Shown: positions 60,501 through 64,000 of the stretch, piece by piece
Numbering within the stretch: the first letter of the stretch is position 1
Layout: each line of letters opens with the position of its first letter
Assembly (NCBI GenBank): GCA_013265495.1
Contig: MU059161.1
Location: forward strand, 5,665,598-5,729,597
Source of the DNA: Vicugna vicugna
Lineage: Eukaryota
Reading direction: 5' to 3'
Length of the DNA: 64,000 nt
The notes under the pieces: model-generated
Databases searched by the model: none
Told to the model about the DNA's origin: nothing
Seen by the model: the letters and a program-made list of their open reading frames with translations, nothing else
Position numbers and translations under genes: made by a program

Positions 60501-63500
60501 ACTGCCTCCCCAGGCTGGGGATGATGTGTTAGAGCCAGGAGCGCAGGCCCAGGATCACACAGCCCCCAGCCAGAACCCTGGATCTGCCACCTACAAGATG
60601 TATGTCCGAACCAAGTTTCCTAATTTCTGTGAGCCTTGGTTTTCCCATCTGGAAAATGGAGATAACAATATTACACAGTGTTATTATAAGAATTATTCAT
60701 AATTTAGCATTCAGTTAAACAAGGGAACAAGGGAACAAGTCATGGTTTCTGCTCTTAGTCCACAAGTACTAAACCCGGCACTGGGTCCGTGCTGTATGTT
60801 AAGGATCCCAGTTGGTCCTCACACCACCTCTACCAGGTAAGGACCGCAAACATTCTCACTTTTTACACGCCACTGAGAAAGGCAAAGCCAAAAGTGTCCA
60901 CTGATGGAGTGGCCCCCCCAAAACCCTTCCCTTTAGCAGCCAACACATCATAAGCGACCAAGAAATGTGAGCCTCCTTTCCTTCCCCGCCTGCTGATGGT
61001 TTGGCTTTCTGTTTGGACAGGCCCAGTTCCCTGCAGCCGCAGCCCAGCCCTCCAGAGCTGCAGAGCCCTGGAGAAGCAGATCGGCCCAGGGGATGGGTGG
61101 GGGAAGTCAGAAAGCACCTAAAACCCATTCCATCGGCCAATAGCTGGCGGAGGCATCCTGGGGAAAGTCATTTTATCCCGCTGAGGCTCTGATTCTTCAT
61201 CTGTAAAATGGAGATGGAGGTGATGCTATGGGTTCTCCGGCCCAGACAGGCTGTTTCGAGGATCCAGGGTAGGGAGACAGCATTACCAGTGCAGAGAGAA
61301 GCCACAGCCCACAGCGTAGGCTGAATTCTCTTCCTCTCTCTCAGCCCCACTGGGAGCCTCACCTGGACCATGGACCTCGGGGACACAAGGGAGTTGACAG
61401 GCCCAGGCCAGGCTGTGCCAGGCCAGGCTGTGGCTGTATCCAGACTTTAGTAGGGGTAGAAAAAGACCACACAACCTGAAACTGAACTCTGATCTGGGAC
61501 TTCGGCCCCCAGTCCACTGGAAGACCAGTCAAATTTCAGGATAAAACACACAGACTGAGAGTTCAGACATGTGGGGCTTCAAGTCTCTGTCTCGTCCCTT
61601 CCTGGCTGTGTGACCTTGGGCAAGTCACTGTCTCTCTGAGATTTCGTTTCCTTGTCTGTAAACTGGGAATAAGACTACCAAGAGGGAAGTAATGAGACAA
61701 GGCTTAGAAAACACCTGGCCCAGCCTCAGGGGCACAGCAAAGGCTCAGCCACGCTGCTCCGGCTCCGGCACCTTTGCTGAGAGCCGAGGGGCTGTGCCCC
61801 ACGGCTTCCTGTCCCCACCTGCCTCGGGGCCTCGTCCTGCCACCGCTGCCCCCACCAAGGGCGAGTGGCACTGGCAGGGCGCTCGCAGGGCGCACGAGAA
61901 GGCCTTGTGCTGCTCATGAATTTTTTATTTAAATTTACTGATTCCCTAATTATAATCTCAGCAAGAAGGAAGGGACCAAGACCGGCAGGGGTTGTCGAAG
62001 AGCAATTACTGGGCAATTTTCTTTTTTCCAGTGGAAGCGAAGGGAGGTGGGGGAGCAGGGACACAGGGAGGGGCGCAGCTCGCCGTGCCCTCTGTCTTCT
62101 GCTGGACGTAGTGTTCTCTGCCCTGTAGGCAGGGTCGGGTGGCTGCCTGGGAGCCAACTCAGCACTTCCTTGGAGGGCGGGCCGGAGGGATGTTACCTGG
62201 GAGGGAGGGGCAGTGGGGGAGGGCAGCAGGCCGTGGGTGGGGACTTACCGGTAGACTGACACCTCTTTGGCATTTCCCTCTTTCTTGAAAAGTTGAAACA
62301 GAGCCTTTTCGCCCCTTCCTTCCTGATTAACAGGTAATTTTACATACCTATTTGATGGGTCTTTTTCTTCTTTCCAAATTTCCAAAAGTAAAAAAAAAAC
62401 ACTTGCATAGAATTATCCAGGGTGCTTGTCAAAGATTCCAACCCCAAAGTCTCCCCTCAGCATCTGCAGGCTTGGGGTGGGAGCTGGCACCTGCACTTGG
62501 CTAGTGGCCTGGGACAGTCTCAGACGCTGATGGCTGGGACCCCGTGGGGCGGGCTGTAAACTCCTTCAGCCCAGCCTGTTTCCACCTGGCAGCAAGCTGC
62601 AGGTCTGGGCCCCACGTCCAACACCTGGCAATCCATCATTTCATCCTTGGGCAACACACCTCATCACTCCTTGGATGCCTGTGGTCACTGCCTTTGAAAG
62701 TGAGTGTCAGGTGCAGAAAAGGATGGCTGAAGACTTGCTTTGTCCTCTGCACAGAGTGACCAAAATCGGTACGTTGCTGCTGGCAGAGTATCAGATCCAG
62801 GACTCCAAGCAGTTTTCGAGCATGAGAACAAATACACCCGGGCTTAAAAGTCTGGTTTCACCACCTCTAACCAGCAAAACAACTTTGAATGTGTTACAGC
62901 ATCTCTCTGTGCTTCAGCTTCCTCAACTGTAAAAATAAGATAATGGTAGCACCGTTCTCCTGGAAGGATAACTGGAGATTACGTAAATACCGTACACAAA
63001 CGCACATGCACGCACACGCATGCCCGTGCACACGCACGCACAAACGTGTGAGCGCACACGCGCAGTACCTCACAGAGTGCCAGGCACATACGAACTGCAA
63101 ATTAGCTGCTATCGCTGAAGGCTGACTACGTACCAAGCACGGGACTGAATGCCATAGCAGGACTTCCTCGTTTAATCCTCACCACTGGTGAGTGGGTTTT
63201 TGTTCCATTTTACGGAGGAGAGAACTGAGACTCAAAGAGATGAGGTTACTGACACAAGGTTAAAGAAGCAGTAAGGTTGGAGCCACTGGTTTATTCATAA
63301 AATATTGACTGCTCTCTGTGTGCCAGGCTCTATTCTAGGCATTGGGGACTTTGTGGTCTACAAAATAGACAAGGTTCCTGGTCTCCTGGCAATCACATCT
63401 ATTTGGGGGAGATTTGGATACAAAATCGTCTGACTCCAGAAGCCATGGGTCTGACCACCATGCGTACTGCCTTCTTGATAGGTGGTGGGTCTTCTGATCA

Positions 63501-64000
63501 TCGTCACAGCCAGGCCTCTCCCCTCTCCTGCCCTGTGTCTGGGTCCTGGGACTCTGTACATGGTGGGACTTGCTGAGAAGAGCTCTGATCCTGGGGTGGG
63601 AGAGCAGATTGAGGGTAGCATACAGACCACCAGGTTCAGGGTCGGGGTTGTCGGGTCTTACAAACTATGAGTAGAAACAGCATTCATTTTACAGTCAAAC
63701 CTAGCCTTTGGTGCCTATGGTTCCTGAAAACATTTTCCAGAGTCCGTTAGGTCTCTCCATCACTCAGAGGGAGAGCTGTTCCTCCCCAAGCCCCCCTCAC
63801 CTACATCTCTGGAGCAGAAGGGAGGTCACCTGTGGCCAGGTGGGCTGCAGGTGGGGAGTGGGAACCTGGGCTCCCTGTAGTGAGACAGTGGGGGGGACCT
63901 GTGTTCTAGGCACAGAGCAGCCTCTGTAGGACTTCCCGTCAAGAAGATGGTGGGGCTGAGTGAGTCCTGGTCAGAAATAGCTCCTCCTGTGGTTGCCAAG

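Noticed and set aside
30110-64000. Second protein-coding gene, processed pseudogene or endogenous viral ORF upstream of LCP2
   Set aside because: No ORF or exon chain resembling a known protein family was recognised, including the KCNIP1/KCNMB1 neighbours expected further along from human synteny.

Overview
Mammalian genomic DNA. The tRNA-derived SINEs resemble the camelid (alpaca/camel) family as I recall it, so species is an inference. The left half holds the 5' part of LCP2 (SLP-76, the leukocyte adaptor protein) on the minus strand. Coding exons 1-10 (29693 down to 2627; 769 nt, 256 codons plus 1 nt) were rebuilt by hand with GT-AG boundaries and a continuous frame. They encode the SAM domain, the acidic region with Y113/Y128/Y145/Y173, the PLCgamma1-binding proline motif and the Gads-binding RxxK motif. 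Exon 11 onward was not found and presumably lies left of the window. The right half (about 30-64 kb) is upstream non-coding DNA with no credible CDS. It contains candidate haematopoietic enhancer motif clusters, many old repeats (MIR, L2, L1, MLT1, MER3, MER102, Tigger) and a 131-N gap. I saw no foreign, viral-coding or prokaryotic system. The most interesting observations are hypotheses about LCP2 RNA processing: (i) a possible intronic polyadenylation cassette after exon 8 next to a consensus CTCF motif, (ii) inverted MER102 copies able to form a 34-bp duplex around exon 3, (iii) an in-frame-positioned uORF, and (iv) an AP-1/NF-kB cluster bracketed by inverted CA/TG tracts about 27 kb upstream. 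Repeat family names and human comparisons are from memory and need a database check. Repeat boundaries are approximate unless a TSD is quoted.
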